Assembly (NCBI GenBank): GCA_937927515.1
Contig: CALBDO010000005.1
Span: 71,665-135,664, forward strand
DNA: 64,000 nt
Origin: Candidatus Kapaibacterium sp.
Lineage (GTDB): Bacteria > Bacteroidota > Ignavibacteria > Kapaibacteriales > UBA2268
Direction: 5' to 3'
Shown: one piece after another, positions 21,056 to 30,880 of the stretch
How the letters are laid out: each line of letters begins with the position of its first letter
Position numbering within the stretch: position 1 is the first letter of the stretch
Notes under the pieces: model-generated
Seen by the model: the letters and a program-made list of their open reading frames with translations, nothing else
The model's database searches: none
What the model was told of the DNA's origin: nothing
Program-made: the position numbers and the translations under genes

Positions 21056-21817
21056 ATGAAAAAGGTGTCTTCTTGGTGTGTTATCGGATTGTTTGCCTTG
21101 ATATTTCAATTTTGTACACAACCTTCTGAACTTGATGAGCCAACAAAAATATCGCCGAATGACAGAACAAAGGCGAGAATTTATCCGAACATTTATTACA
21201 TATCTATAGCTGAAAATGGAGTTGAAGATGCAGAATACCCACAATTCGAACAGAAGTTTAAAAGTAGTAAAATCGAAATATTTGTCGACACTCTGTATCC
21301 AACTCCATTGATTTGGTTTAAGGTTTATTTAGAAAGAAAAAGGTTCGAATATCACGACAAAGAATTTCAACGACTTAAAATTAAAAGTTTAAACTTTAAC
21401 ATTGATTCTTTTCCAATCTTGGGTGTGCCCTTGCCATTGAAGATGAGTAATTCGTCTAACTCCTGGTTGAAGATTAATTTAGCCAGAGGACCCAAAAACA
21501 ACTACGATACAATCATAGACCCAACGGTTGAACCCAACTACTTCGAAATTGGTTTTATTTACAACAAATCATACCGTGAAATCTGGGCAAATGGCTATGG
21601 AAAAATCTTTAGCCAGCGTTTTACTTTGTCTCAAAGGGATACAACAGTCGTCGACTCTGTCTTAAAAACTCGTTACGATACAGTTTGGATAAACAACAAT
21701 CCCCACATAAAAAAAGTTGAATATTGGGAGATAAAAGAAATAAAGTTGAAAATCGAGGAAATTACTTCATTCCCAGACTCATTAATGTTGAGTTTTAAAT
21801 TCAGATTGAAATATTAA
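21056..21817 (+). CDS. Hypothetical secreted protein or lipoprotein
   Basis: Internal ATG at 21056, with signal peptide MKKVSSWCVIGLFALIFQFC. I recognise no conserved motifs. Confidence 0.5.
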   Translation: MKKVSSWCVIGLFALIFQFCTQPSELDEPTKISPNDRTKARIYPNIYYISIAENGVEDAEYPQFEQKFKSSKIEIFVDTLYPTPLIWFKVYLERKRFEYHDKEFQRLKIKSLNFNIDSFPILGVPLPLKMSNSSNSWLKINLARGPKNNYDTIIDPTVEPNYFEIGFIYNKSYREIWANGYGKIFSQRFTLSQRDTTVVDSVLKTRYDTVWINNNPHIKKVEYWEIKEIKLKIEEITSFPDSLMLSFKFRLKY

Positions 21818-21842
21818 AGTCTATAAATTTTAAGGAGGTTGT

Positions 21843-24377
21843 ATGAGAAGAGTTTTTCTTATTCCTGTATTGGGAATATTAATTTCTTGGTTTTCTGGTT
21901 CCCTTGTTGCGCAAGTTGATGTACCAAATCCACCGCAAGGCTTGAGTATTAAAACTAATGAAAATTTGGACGGGACTTTCGACGCAAACTTATCCTGGTT
22001 CATTAATAATAACAATTTTGCTCCGTTTCCCCATGGTTTCCATATTTACCAAACAATTTTTCAAAAAAATATTGTCAGCACTCAATTACTGGATGAGATT
22101 AGCGCTAAGCAAGGCGTTTACCAGTATTCCTATGTGGTTAAGAATCTAAAACCTGGAACTTACGAATTTTACGTAACATCATTCATCGGTAAAGCCGAAA
22201 GCAGACCAAGCAACACAGTGCGGGTTGTTTTAGAAAAACACGAGCCATTCATTAAAATTATTTCTCAGCCACCAATATATGCATTTGTTGGGGTAAAATA
22301 TCTTTATCAAATTCAAGTTCATTCAAATATCAATTGTCCAATCGATGAATTTGGTTTTGATGGAACTCCACCAAAAGGAATGACCATTTCGAAAAAGGGT
22401 TTAGTTGAATGGGTTCCTCAAGATGTTGGAGAATATGAGGTGACTGTTCGTGCTGGTACCTCTTGTAAAATCAATATAGAACCAGCACGCCAGACATTCA
22501 AAATTATTGTTAACAAGCAAGGTCACAATGACCAATCATATATTAGAATTGTGAGCAAACCACCTACAAAAGGTATTGTGGGGGTGCCAATTTATTACCA
22601 AGTAGTTGCAGAGTCGAATGTTCGATCTCCTATAAAATTCAAACTTTCCGATTGCAATATGGATGGTGCTGTTATTGATGAAAACACAGGTTTACTTACT
22701 TGGTCGCCCAAAGAAGTTGGTCAATTTGGTTGTGTAGTTGTTGCATACTTATCTTGCGATACAAACATAGTTGCTATTCAAAAACTGTGCATTGAAATTC
22801 AAGCTGCTCAAGAGCATCCGAAACACTGTGTACATTTAGTTGGAAGTGCAAAATTTGCGGATGACACTCCTGTTTCAAACGGACTTGTTTATGCTTGGAA
22901 GTTAGATGCTAATGATAACCAAACCAATGTAGTTTTTAAGACATTCATAAAACATGGTGTGTTTGAATTTTATTTGCCCGTTGGTACTTATGTTTTTGAA
23001 TTTTATGGTGAAATGTTTGAACATGTGTTCTATCACAATGCAAAAAGATTTGTTGATGCTGTACGCATAAAGTTTGAATGCATCGACAACGAAACAATCG
23101 AAAAGACCCTCGAGGTCGTCCTTCCTGAAAAACCAAAACCTATTTTCTATACTGTTTCTGGTTATGTCAATTCTATGAAAGATGATGCACCCATATTAGC
23201 ACTCGTAGAGTTTATTCCTGTTGAATTTTTAAATTATCCAGAGAAGAGGATAAACTATGGAGCATTTTCGAATTTTGTTGCCAAAACAGACAAGGATGGC
23301 CATTATGAAATTCTGCTCCCAAATACATTTTCGTATATTGCTCATGCCATCCCTTTAAACAAAGAAGAATTTTATGACCAATACTATCAGCTTTCCAGTT
23401 CCCCTTATTTAGCCGACATTATTGAATTAAAAAACGATAGGGGTGATATTAATTTTCGCTTGAAACCTATTGAAAAGCCAAACAACGGTTTTACTGGAAT
23501 TGTAGTCGATAAGGATAGGAATCCAATTCAATCTCGTGTTCTGGCAATACTTGTCAGACCAAAATTCCAAAACAACATTCCAAAAGATGCTATTATTAAT
23601 GTTGTCGAAACCAATGAAAATGGTTATTTTAGGTTTGTTAATTTGATACCCGGGGATTATGTTCTTCTTTCAATTCCAAAGGATAAGCATTTTGCCCCTG
23701 GTTATTACAAAATGAATGATTTTGCAACTCTTAGTTGGAAAGAAGCTACCATTGTAACTGTCGATGATGTAATGATACAGATGATTTTCGAAATCAAACA
23801 CCGTGAGCGTCTGCAGTTGAAGGGATTAGTTAGAATTGAAGGTCAGCTTTTTGATGTAACTGGTTTAGCCAAGCAAGACAATAAACCACAATGTGATGAA
23901 ATTCCTCTGGACCAAGCACTAGTTGCCGCTATGAACATAGACGGAAACGTAATCGAATACTTTGTTACAGGTAAAGATGGAAAGTTTATTCTCGAAGAAC
24001 TTCCACCAACTACCTTTAAAATTTTTGTGACTAAAGTAGGGTATAAGGAACTTGAAGCCACTTACAGTGGCGACTATGAATCGAACTTTGCAATACGTAG
24101 TAATTTCTACCTCCAAAAAGAAGTAAGTGAAGTGCAAGAAGGAGGAGAATATGCCATAAATTTGAATGAGAATAATCTTATTCTAAGCTTTGATGATGGT
24201 CTCGAACTAAGAAATGTGCGAATTTTTGATGTGTTTGGAAATAGTTTACCTATTCAAATTTTTGCTAATGAAAAAATATTATCAATCGACATTAGTTCCT
24301 ATCCCTCTGGCGTTTACTTTGCCAATATAATTACTACTAAGGGGATTTTACAAACAAAATTTGTAATTGTTAGATAA
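21843..24377 (+). CDS. T9SS-secreted surface protein with cadherin-like (He_PIG-type) Ig domains and carboxypeptidase-regulatory-like domains
   Basis: AAGGAGG RBS and a signal peptide. Two ~65-aa Ig units matching P..G..Y.Y...P.GM.I...GL.EW.P...G.Y.V. Transthyretin-like segments (NENGYFRFVNLIPGDYVL). A canonical T9SS type-A CTD ends it (...SYPSGVYFANIITTKGILQTKFVIVR). Confidence 0.85.
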   Translation: MRRVFLIPVLGILISWFSGSLVAQVDVPNPPQGLSIKTNENLDGTFDANLSWFINNNNFAPFPHGFHIYQTIFQKNIVSTQLLDEISAKQGVYQYSYVVKNLKPGTYEFYVTSFIGKAESRPSNTVRVVLEKHEPFIKIISQPPIYAFVGVKYLYQIQVHSNINCPIDEFGFDGTPPKGMTISKKGLVEWVPQDVGEYEVTVRAGTSCKINIEPARQTFKIIVNKQGHNDQSYIRIVSKPPTKGIVGVPIYYQVVAESNVRSPIKFKLSDCNMDGAVIDENTGLLTWSPKEVGQFGCVVVAYLSCDTNIVAIQKLCIEIQAAQEHPKHCVHLVGSAKFADDTPVSNGLVYAWKLDANDNQTNVVFKTFIKHGVFEFYLPVGTYVFEFYGEMFEHVFYHNAKRFVDAVRIKFECIDNETIEKTLEVVLPEKPKPIFYTVSGYVNSMKDDAPILALVEFIPVEFLNYPEKRINYGAFSNFVAKTDKDGHYEILLPNTFSYIAHAIPLNKEEFYDQYYQLSSSPYLADIIELKNDRGDINFRLKPIEKPNNGFTGIVVDKDRNPIQSRVLAILVRPKFQNNIPKDAIINVVETNENGYFRFVNLIPGDYVLLSIPKDKHFAPGYYKMNDFATLSWKEATIVTVDDVMIQMIFEIKHRERLQLKGLVRIEGQLFDVTGLAKQDNKPQCDEIPLDQALVAAMNIDGNVIEYFVTGKDGKFILEELPPTTFKIFVTKVGYKELEATYSGDYESNFAIRSNFYLQKEVSEVQEGGEYAINLNENNLILSFDDGLELRNVRIFDVFGNSLPIQIFANEKILSIDISSYPSGVYFANIITTKGILQTKFVIVR

Positions 24378-24395
24378 AATTTATTGGTATCTTAA

Positions 24396-24430
24396 GCCCC
24401 GCTAATCTTGGCGGGGCATTTTATTCTTTG
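24396..24430 (+). terminator. Rho-independent terminator
   Basis: gccccgc-taatcttg-gcggggc hairpin followed by a T-rich run. Confidence 0.7.
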
Positions 24431-24806
24431 TTAAAAATACATTCATTTCAACATCTGAAACTCGTTTCAATTATTACGTCGTGAGAAAAAACAAAATGAG
24501 ATTGATATTGTTTCGAATAAAAAGCGAAATTAAATATAAAAGTGTTTTTGTGGAAAAATTCTAACATTATGGATAAAAATCCACAGAATAATATTGAAAA
24601 CATAAAAATTTTAGTTTTTTTAATCCAACCTCCAATTCTAAAATCTATATAAGTAATTGATATACTGATGGTTATAAGAATGAAAGTAAATTAAACTATT
24701 AAATTTCTATTAAATTTTATTCATTAAAAAAAATTAATTGCATATACCAACCAAATTTTTTTTATTGCACTTTGATTTTAAGCTTATCCATTATAATGAG
24801 GGTTCT

Positions 24807-25613
24807 ATGAGGTTGTCGAGAAGAGGTCAACTTATTAAAATACTTTTTTTAATCATGATTCCAGCATTGTTGCTCTTCTTATCAACCCCGGAAATAACTT
24901 TTTCGAAAACTAAATCCCACAAAAGGTATAAAAAACCTCGTAGAGCCTACAACCCCGAGAAAACTAAACGGGAAGCTCTTGAAATTCTTAATTCTTCCGG
25001 TGCAAATTATCTTCTCCAACTTGCAAATGGTCAAATCGACGAATCTGAATTGATTTTGGATTCTCTTATCATTGACCAAGGTGAAGACCCCATTGAATTG
25101 GAATATGAAGACGACAAGCCGGTGGATTTAGATGTCTTTCGCACAATGTTTTTAGGCTATATCGAGGGTGAAGAACTTTATGATTTTGGCGGGAAACTGG
25201 CTTCTGGTATTAGTCGAAAAAAAGTGATGGAAATCATTTTAAATTGGCTGGGTATACCATATTATTTTGGCGGTACAACAGAGCGTGGGATTGATTGTTC
25301 TGCCTTCACAAGGCAAGTCTTCTATTCTTCTGCAAAAATACTATTACCACGCACTGCAAAAGAACAATATAAATTAGGTGTACCAGTTCGCCGAGATAAA
25401 TTAGAGTTCGGCGACCTTGTGTTCTTCCATACACGGCGTCATGCTTACGTTTCACACGTTGGAATATATCTGGGAGATAATCTATTTGCCCACTCAAGTT
25501 CCCGCTATGGTGTTACTGTCTCTTCCTTGGAAAGTAAATATTATAGTTCCAGATTTATCGGTGCTCGCCGTTTGACAGTGAAAGATATTGCAAAGTTGGG
25601 AATAGATAATTAA
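24807..25613 (+). CDS. NlpC/P60 (C40) family cell-wall peptidase
   Basis: Catalytic region GIDCSAFTRQVF...H...H (VSHVGIYLG; AHSS). Signal/TM MRLSRRGQLIKILFLIMIPALLLF. Start at the internal ATG 24807. Confidence 0.85.
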   Translation: MRLSRRGQLIKILFLIMIPALLLFLSTPEITFSKTKSHKRYKKPRRAYNPEKTKREALEILNSSGANYLLQLANGQIDESELILDSLIIDQGEDPIELEYEDDKPVDLDVFRTMFLGYIEGEELYDFGGKLASGISRKKVMEIILNWLGIPYYFGGTTERGIDCSAFTRQVFYSSAKILLPRTAKEQYKLGVPVRRDKLEFGDLVFFHTRRHAYVSHVGIYLGDNLFAHSSSRYGVTVSSLESKYYSSRFIGARRLTVKDIAKLGIDN

Positions 25614-25795
25614 TTCAAATATAGTTTTTTAAGATAGTTTTTAATTGGTCTGATAAAATCTATAAGAAGACTGTGTTTTCTGGGAGCTTCGGTACGAAGA
25701 ATTATTGGAGCAATAGGTTTAAAAATCCTTTTCCCTTCAACATTTAACATCGAAAGTGCCAGCGAAAATATCATTGTAGCAAGTAATTTTTTCAT
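25610..25795 (-). CDS. Small ORF (61 aa) with signal-peptide-like N-terminus
   Basis: MKKLLATMIFSLALSMLNVEG... Its start overlaps the stop of the upstream FtsX-like gene by 4 nt. No homology is recognisable, and it could be spurious. Confidence 0.3.
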   Translation of the reverse strand: MKKLLATMIFSLALSMLNVEGKRIFKPIAPIILRTEAPRKHSLLIDFIRPIKNYLKKLYLN

Positions 25796-27015
25796 TCTCT
25801 AAAAATTTCCTCCGCAACCTTAATTTTCGACGCTTTATATGCTGGGTATATTGTCGACAAGTACGAAAGTAAAATCGAAACAACAATTATTGCTATTAAA
25901 GTTGGCAAGGAGATTTTCATTGGCAAAGCAGAGATTATATACTTCTGAGTATTTAATTTCAACCAACCATACTCAATTTGACCAATTGTGAAACCTAAAC
26001 CGATTAAAGCCCCGACAAAAGTACTCATAACTCCAATTAATATTCCTTGAGTATGAAATATCTTCTTGATATCTTTACTTTTTGCCCCTAATGCAAAAAG
26101 AATTGATATATCTGGCTTTTTCTCTACTACTGTCATATACAAGGAAGCAAGTGTATTGAAAACAGCAATTGATATAATAAGCGATAGGATTATAAAAACT
26201 GAGTACTTTTCAAATTGCATTGCATTCATGATATCTTTGTTGAGGTCGTACCAAGTAAGAACTTTGTATTGCGGAAATTTTTCCCGTAGTGTTTTGGCAA
26301 AGTTCTCTACATGGTTTATCGAACTAAGTCTTATATCTACTCCTTGTGTAATACTCTTAGGATTTTTAAAAAAAGTTTTGGCAATACTCTGAGGAAGAAA
26401 TATATAATAGTTGTCGTACTGGATGTTATTTGTTTGAAAGATAGAGCCGACAACTAAGTCTTTTCTCTTTGGTGGTGCTGAAAATGTGATTGCTTTATCA
26501 ATCTCTTCGATTGTTACAACTGAGAAGGCTTCGCCAGGAAGTAAGCGTAGTGCGTCTGCAAGACCAATCCCTATTAGTATGTTGCTTTGATAGATATGGT
26601 TGCTTTTTGGCGAGGGTAGGTTTAGAATTGCTTTTTTAATTATAGGATGTCTTTGATAAGTCGAGTCGGCAATTGCAAATAATTCTACGGCTCGCAAACT
26701 TTCTTTGTATTGTACTATTGCTTTCATAGAAAGAAAGGGAAAACATTTTGCATCGAGCCCTGTTTGCAAAAGTTGTAAAATTTTCTCCGAATCGATATTG
26801 TGGTTCGGCTTGCCTACTATTCTAATGTGTGGGTCGATGCCAATTATTTCTTGTTGTGCAAAATCTCGGAAGCCATTAAAAAGAGAAGTTACAATTATTA
26901 ATGCGCAAACGCCTATAGTTATACCGAGAGCCGAGAGAAATGAAATAAAGGTAATAAACTGAAACTTCCTTATTGTAAAAATGTATTTTAATGCTATTTT
27001 AGTTGTATAAATCAT
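25792..27015 (-). CDS. FtsX-family ABC transporter permease (LolC/LolE-like)
   Basis: 407 aa. Has an N-terminal TM, a large periplasmic loop and three C-terminal TM helices, which is the MacB/LolE topology. Overlaps the ATPase gene stop by 4 nt. Confidence 0.8.
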   Translation of the reverse strand: MIYTTKIALKYIFTIRKFQFITFISFLSALGITIGVCALIIVTSLFNGFRDFAQQEIIGIDPHIRIVGKPNHNIDSEKILQLLQTGLDAKCFPFLSMKAIVQYKESLRAVELFAIADSTYQRHPIIKKAILNLPSPKSNHIYQSNILIGIGLADALRLLPGEAFSVVTIEEIDKAITFSAPPKRKDLVVGSIFQTNNIQYDNYYIFLPQSIAKTFFKNPKSITQGVDIRLSSINHVENFAKTLREKFPQYKVLTWYDLNKDIMNAMQFEKYSVFIILSLIISIAVFNTLASLYMTVVEKKPDISILFALGAKSKDIKKIFHTQGILIGVMSTFVGALIGLGFTIGQIEYGWLKLNTQKYIISALPMKISLPTLIAIIVVSILLSYLSTIYPAYKASKIKVAEEIFRE

Positions 27016-29777
27016 TGGCTTTTAGATTGTTCCAAAGACTGTCTCTTCTTGTAGCGGTACCAAGAGGTGACTATTTTATTCAGCTCCACAACAATGATTA
27101 TACTAAAAGTTGTGGAGAAAACAATTAGCCAATCACTGAAGGATAAGGGCACTGTATCCATTAGCACATTCATGAAAGGAACATTTACAGCAAAAAGTTG
27201 TAGGAAAACAGCTAAAAGCATAACTGCCAAAAGTACTAAATTTTTTGAAAATGTCACTCTATCCAAAGTTTCAGTTGCTCTGTATGGTAAATTAAAAAAC
27301 AGGGAGCGGTCGAGCGAGCGTGAGTTTTGAACGTTCCAAATTTGGAAGAAAGCCAAAGTGCAAAAGGCAATTGTCCTTGCTTTTTCAAGTGTTTGTGGGT
27401 CGGGATGAAATGAGCCACCCAGATAAAGATAGAATAGTACCAATGTTCCAATTGTCATAACAAGAGCTGATATAATAATTCTGTAAACCATTGGCATCGA
27501 GACAAGAGGCTCGTCTTTTCGACGAGGTGGAAAAGCCATTACATCGCCGTGTTCTTTCTCGAAAGCGAGTGGAAAAGTGGAGGTTCCGTCGGTAACAAGA
27601 TTAACCCAAAGCAATTGTGCGGGTAGCAATGGTAATGGAAATCCAATAATAACCGATGTAGCTATGGTTAACAAACCTCCAGCGCTTGTCGAGAGGATAT
27701 ATAAGAGAATGTGTTTAAGGTTATTCAAGATTATCCTGCCGCGACGAACGGCTTCTACAATTGTGGCAAAATTGTCGTCCAAAAGAACCATATGGGCTGC
27801 TTCACGCGCTACGTCAGTTCCACTACCCATAGCAACTCCGATATCGGCTTGTTTCAGAGCGGGTGCATCATTCACCCCATCGCCAGTCATTGCTACAATG
27901 TTGTTGTTCAACTGCAATTGTTTTACAATTCTGAACTTGTGCTCGGGGACAACCCTTGCGTAAACATCGACCGAGGGAGCTACCTTAAACAATTCCTCGT
28001 CTGTCATATTGTTTAGTTCTACTCCAGTTAAAGCAAATGGTTCTTTGTCTCTTGGGGTGATGCCGACTTTGCGAGCAACTGTTTTGGCTGTTTTGACATG
28101 GTCGCCGGTAATCATAACAACTTTTATTCCGGCTCGATGACAATCATTAACAGCAGCGATTGCTTCTGGGCGTACAGCGTCTTCGATACCAGCAAAGCCA
28201 ACAAAAATTAAATCAGTTAACTCATCTAATGCAATAGCTTCATTTTTCGATATTGATTTGAATGCCAAAGCAAGTATCCTCAGACCCTCTTCTGATAATT
28301 GGTTTATTTGAACTTCTAATTTTCCTCTATCTAATTCTACTATGTTACCATCAGATTTGATTGAATAACTACATCTTTGGATAACTTTTTCCGGTGCCCC
28401 TTTTACTAAAATGTAAACCTTGTCATCAATTTTGGTTCGAACACCCATCAATTGGTGCTCCGATTCAAAAGGTATATCAACAAATACTTCGGGGCTTTTG
28501 GTATTAAATTTAAATTTTTTAGCTGCAATCATCAAAGCAGCTTCTGTCGGGTCGCCTGTGATTTTCCACTGCTCGTTTTCTAATTTAATAGAACTCTCCG
28601 TGCATAGAGCTGAAATGTAAGTTGCAAACTTAATTGCTTCGTTGTATTTGTAATCAATAACCTTTTCCGATTTTTGGTCTATTGCTAATCCCTTTGCGCC
28701 ATATCCGGCACCTGTGACTAAATATGTATTCCCATCGATAAGATACTTCGTCACGGTCATTTCGTTTTTTGTTAATGTTCCAGTTTTGTCTGTACAAATA
28801 ATATTTGTGCTTCCAAGAGTTTCAACCGCTGCAAGTTTTTTGACAATGGCTTTATGTTGTGCCATTTGTGAAAGCCCGATTGAAAGAGTTATTGTGACTG
28901 CTACTGGCAAACCTTCGGGTATTGCAGATACAGCCAATCCCACAGAAGTAAGGAACATTAGTACAAATTCATTACCTCGCAGGTATCCAATGATGAATAT
29001 TGCCGTAATAACTAATAAAATAGCAATACTTAGTGCTTTACCAAATTTGGCAATTTGTATTTGGAGAGGTGATTGTGCCTCCTCTGCTTCGGATACCTTT
29101 TGTGCAATTTTCCCAAATTCAGTATTCTGTCCAACTGCTGTTACGACTGCAATACCTCGTCCTTTCTGAACAATGCTACCGCTATAGACCATAGTTAATC
29201 TATCGCCAAGCGGTGCGTTCTCGGGTACTTTGGCATTGTGATTCTTTTCAATAGGAAATGATTCACCGGTTAACATCGACTCATCGACAGTTAAATTGTT
29301 CGAGTCAATCAGTCTGCCGTCTGCTGGCACTCGAACCCCACTCTCTAGTATTAATAAATCACCACAAACAACTTCCTGAGTGGGAATGTTCTTTTGTTGA
29401 CCATTTCGGATAACCCGAGCAAGTGGGGCTGCCATTTTCTCAAGAGCTTTCAGAGCATCCGAAGCTCTTCGTTCTTGAATAAAACCTATGAGTGTATTAA
29501 GAATAACGACAGCAACGATAACAAAAGTATCTTTTATGTCTGAAATGAATGCATTTAAAATCGCTGCGATTATTAGAATAATGATGACGGGGTTGTTAAA
29601 CTGTTCCAAGAGCAAAGACCAGTTCGATTTTGCCTTCTTGGAGAATAATTTGTTTTCACCAAATCTTTTTTTATTGTTCTCGGCTTGTTTACTGGTTAAT
29701 CCTTTATTTTTATCGACTTCAAAGTATTCTAAGGCTTTTTCGTAGGGTTCACAATGCCAATTCATTATCAAATGCAT
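27012..29777 (-). CDS. P-type (type IIA, Ca2+-ATPase-like) cation-transporting ATPase
   Basis: 921 aa with PEGLP in TM4, DKTGTLT, KGAPE, TGDHV and GDGVNDAPAL motifs, and ten predicted TM segments. Confidence 0.9.
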   Translation of the reverse strand: MHLIMNWHCEPYEKALEYFEVDKNKGLTSKQAENNKKRFGENKLFSKKAKSNWSLLLEQFNNPVIIILIIAAILNAFISDIKDTFVIVAVVILNTLIGFIQERRASDALKALEKMAAPLARVIRNGQQKNIPTQEVVCGDLLILESGVRVPADGRLIDSNNLTVDESMLTGESFPIEKNHNAKVPENAPLGDRLTMVYSGSIVQKGRGIAVVTAVGQNTEFGKIAQKVSEAEEAQSPLQIQIAKFGKALSIAILLVITAIFIIGYLRGNEFVLMFLTSVGLAVSAIPEGLPVAVTITLSIGLSQMAQHKAIVKKLAAVETLGSTNIICTDKTGTLTKNEMTVTKYLIDGNTYLVTGAGYGAKGLAIDQKSEKVIDYKYNEAIKFATYISALCTESSIKLENEQWKITGDPTEAALMIAAKKFKFNTKSPEVFVDIPFESEHQLMGVRTKIDDKVYILVKGAPEKVIQRCSYSIKSDGNIVELDRGKLEVQINQLSEEGLRILALAFKSISKNEAIALDELTDLIFVGFAGIEDAVRPEAIAAVNDCHRAGIKVVMITGDHVKTAKTVARKVGITPRDKEPFALTGVELNNMTDEELFKVAPSVDVYARVVPEHKFRIVKQLQLNNNIVAMTGDGVNDAPALKQADIGVAMGSGTDVAREAAHMVLLDDNFATIVEAVRRGRIILNNLKHILLYILSTSAGGLLTIATSVIIGFPLPLLPAQLLWVNLVTDGTSTFPLAFEKEHGDVMAFPPRRKDEPLVSMPMVYRIIISALVMTIGTLVLFYLYLGGSFHPDPQTLEKARTIAFCTLAFFQIWNVQNSRSLDRSLFFNLPYRATETLDRVTFSKNLVLLAVMLLAVFLQLFAVNVPFMNVLMDTVPLSFSDWLIVFSTTFSIIIVVELNKIVTSWYRYKKRQSLEQSKSQ

Positions 29778-29917
29778 TTTTTAGAAAAGCAAATTTAGTT
29801 ATAATTTTCGAAAACTTGATAATGATTCAATAAAGTTAAACGTTTGGTACAATCTTGGGGGTAATTAGAGTCGAAGTTGAAAGGTTCTTAGAATAAATGT
29901 TAAATATTAGAGTAGTG

Positions 29918-29989
29918 TGACCCTAACGGGATTCGAACCCGTACTACCACCTTGAAAGAGTGGTGACCTAACCATTAGTCGATAGGGCC
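29918..29989 (-). tRNA. tRNA-Glu (anticodon UUC)
   Basis: Reverse complement GGCCCTATCGACTAATGGTTAGGTCACCACTCTTTCAAGGTGGTAGTACGGGTTCGAATCCCGTTAGGGTCA folds as a cloverleaf. The anticodon loop CTTTCAA holds anticodon TTC. No CCA is encoded. Confidence 0.8.
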
Positions 29990-30208
29990 AAATGCAAATA
30001 CAAAATTAATAAAAAAACTTGAAATAAAAGGAATAAAATTGAAATAATGAGAATTTTGAACCAAAATTATTTACATAAATGCATCAAAGCTGTTAGTAAG
30101 ACTACGGTGCAACTTTCAAAACTAGCAGGATGCAAAGTGTTTAAGTTTAATATGCTTAAAAAAAATTTTTATTTTAGAATTGATTTAAATTCTTTTTTAC
30201 TCGAAGAT

Positions 30209-30880
30209 TCAAGTTATTACTTCTTGAATTTTTTTTCTCATTTTTTCAATATTCTCGAGCAAATTTCCATTGAATAAACCCGAGCCAGAGACAATCATAT
30301 CCGCACCTGCACGTACAACATCCTGGACGTTATCAATTTTAATTCCTCCGTCGACTTCGATTAAGACATTTTCTAAATTGTTTTTTAGTAGAAAGTCTTT
30401 AAGTCTCTCGGCTCTTTTAAGAAAACTAGTTATAAATGTTTGTCCCCCAAATCCAGGATTGACTGACATCAGCAAGATAAAATCGCAAATTTCTGCGTTT
30501 TCAAAAGCAAATTCAATTGGGGTACCAGGGTTCAATGCCAAGCCACAAAATTTCCCATAACTTTTTATGCTTTCAAGCGTTCGGTTTATATGATGTTGAC
30601 CTTCGCAATGTATAGATATGTAATCGGCACCGGCATCGACAAAATCCTCTATGTATCTTTCTGGATGAACAATCATAAGATGACAAACAAGAGGTAAGTT
30701 TGAGACTTGTCGAATAGCTTTCACCACAGGTTGGCCTATGGTAATATTTGGAACAAAGCAACCATCCATGATGTCGAGGTGCAAAAGGTCGGCTCCTCCC
30801 TCTTCACACATTCTTATATCCCGTGCCAAATTTACAAAGTCTGCGCTCAAAAGCGATGGCTCGATATAAACTTTTCTCAT
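30209..30880 (-). CDS. rpe: Ribulose-phosphate 3-epimerase
   Basis: 223 aa showing the RPE signature (HLDIMDG...PGFGGQ). Confidence 0.9.
   Translation of the reverse strand: MRKVYIEPSLLSADFVNLARDIRMCEEGGADLLHLDIMDGCFVPNITIGQPVVKAIRQVSNLPLVCHLMIVHPERYIEDFVDAGADYISIHCEGQHHINRTLESIKSYGKFCGLALNPGTPIEFAFENAEICDFILLMSVNPGFGGQTFITSFLKRAERLKDFLLKNNLENVLIEVDGGIKIDNVQDVVRAGADMIVSGSGLFNGNLLENIEKMRKKIQEVIT

Noticed and set aside
30186-30240. Hairpin attcaag-N9-cttgaat followed by a T-run on the plus strand
   Set aside because: There is no plus-strand gene upstream to terminate. For the minus-strand rpe the U-tract is on the wrong side, so I did not call a terminator.
30047-30277. ORF 30047-30277 (+) between tRNA-Glu and rpe
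   Set aside because: Low-complexity, AT-driven translation with no RBS. It overlaps the rpe 3' end on the opposite strand.
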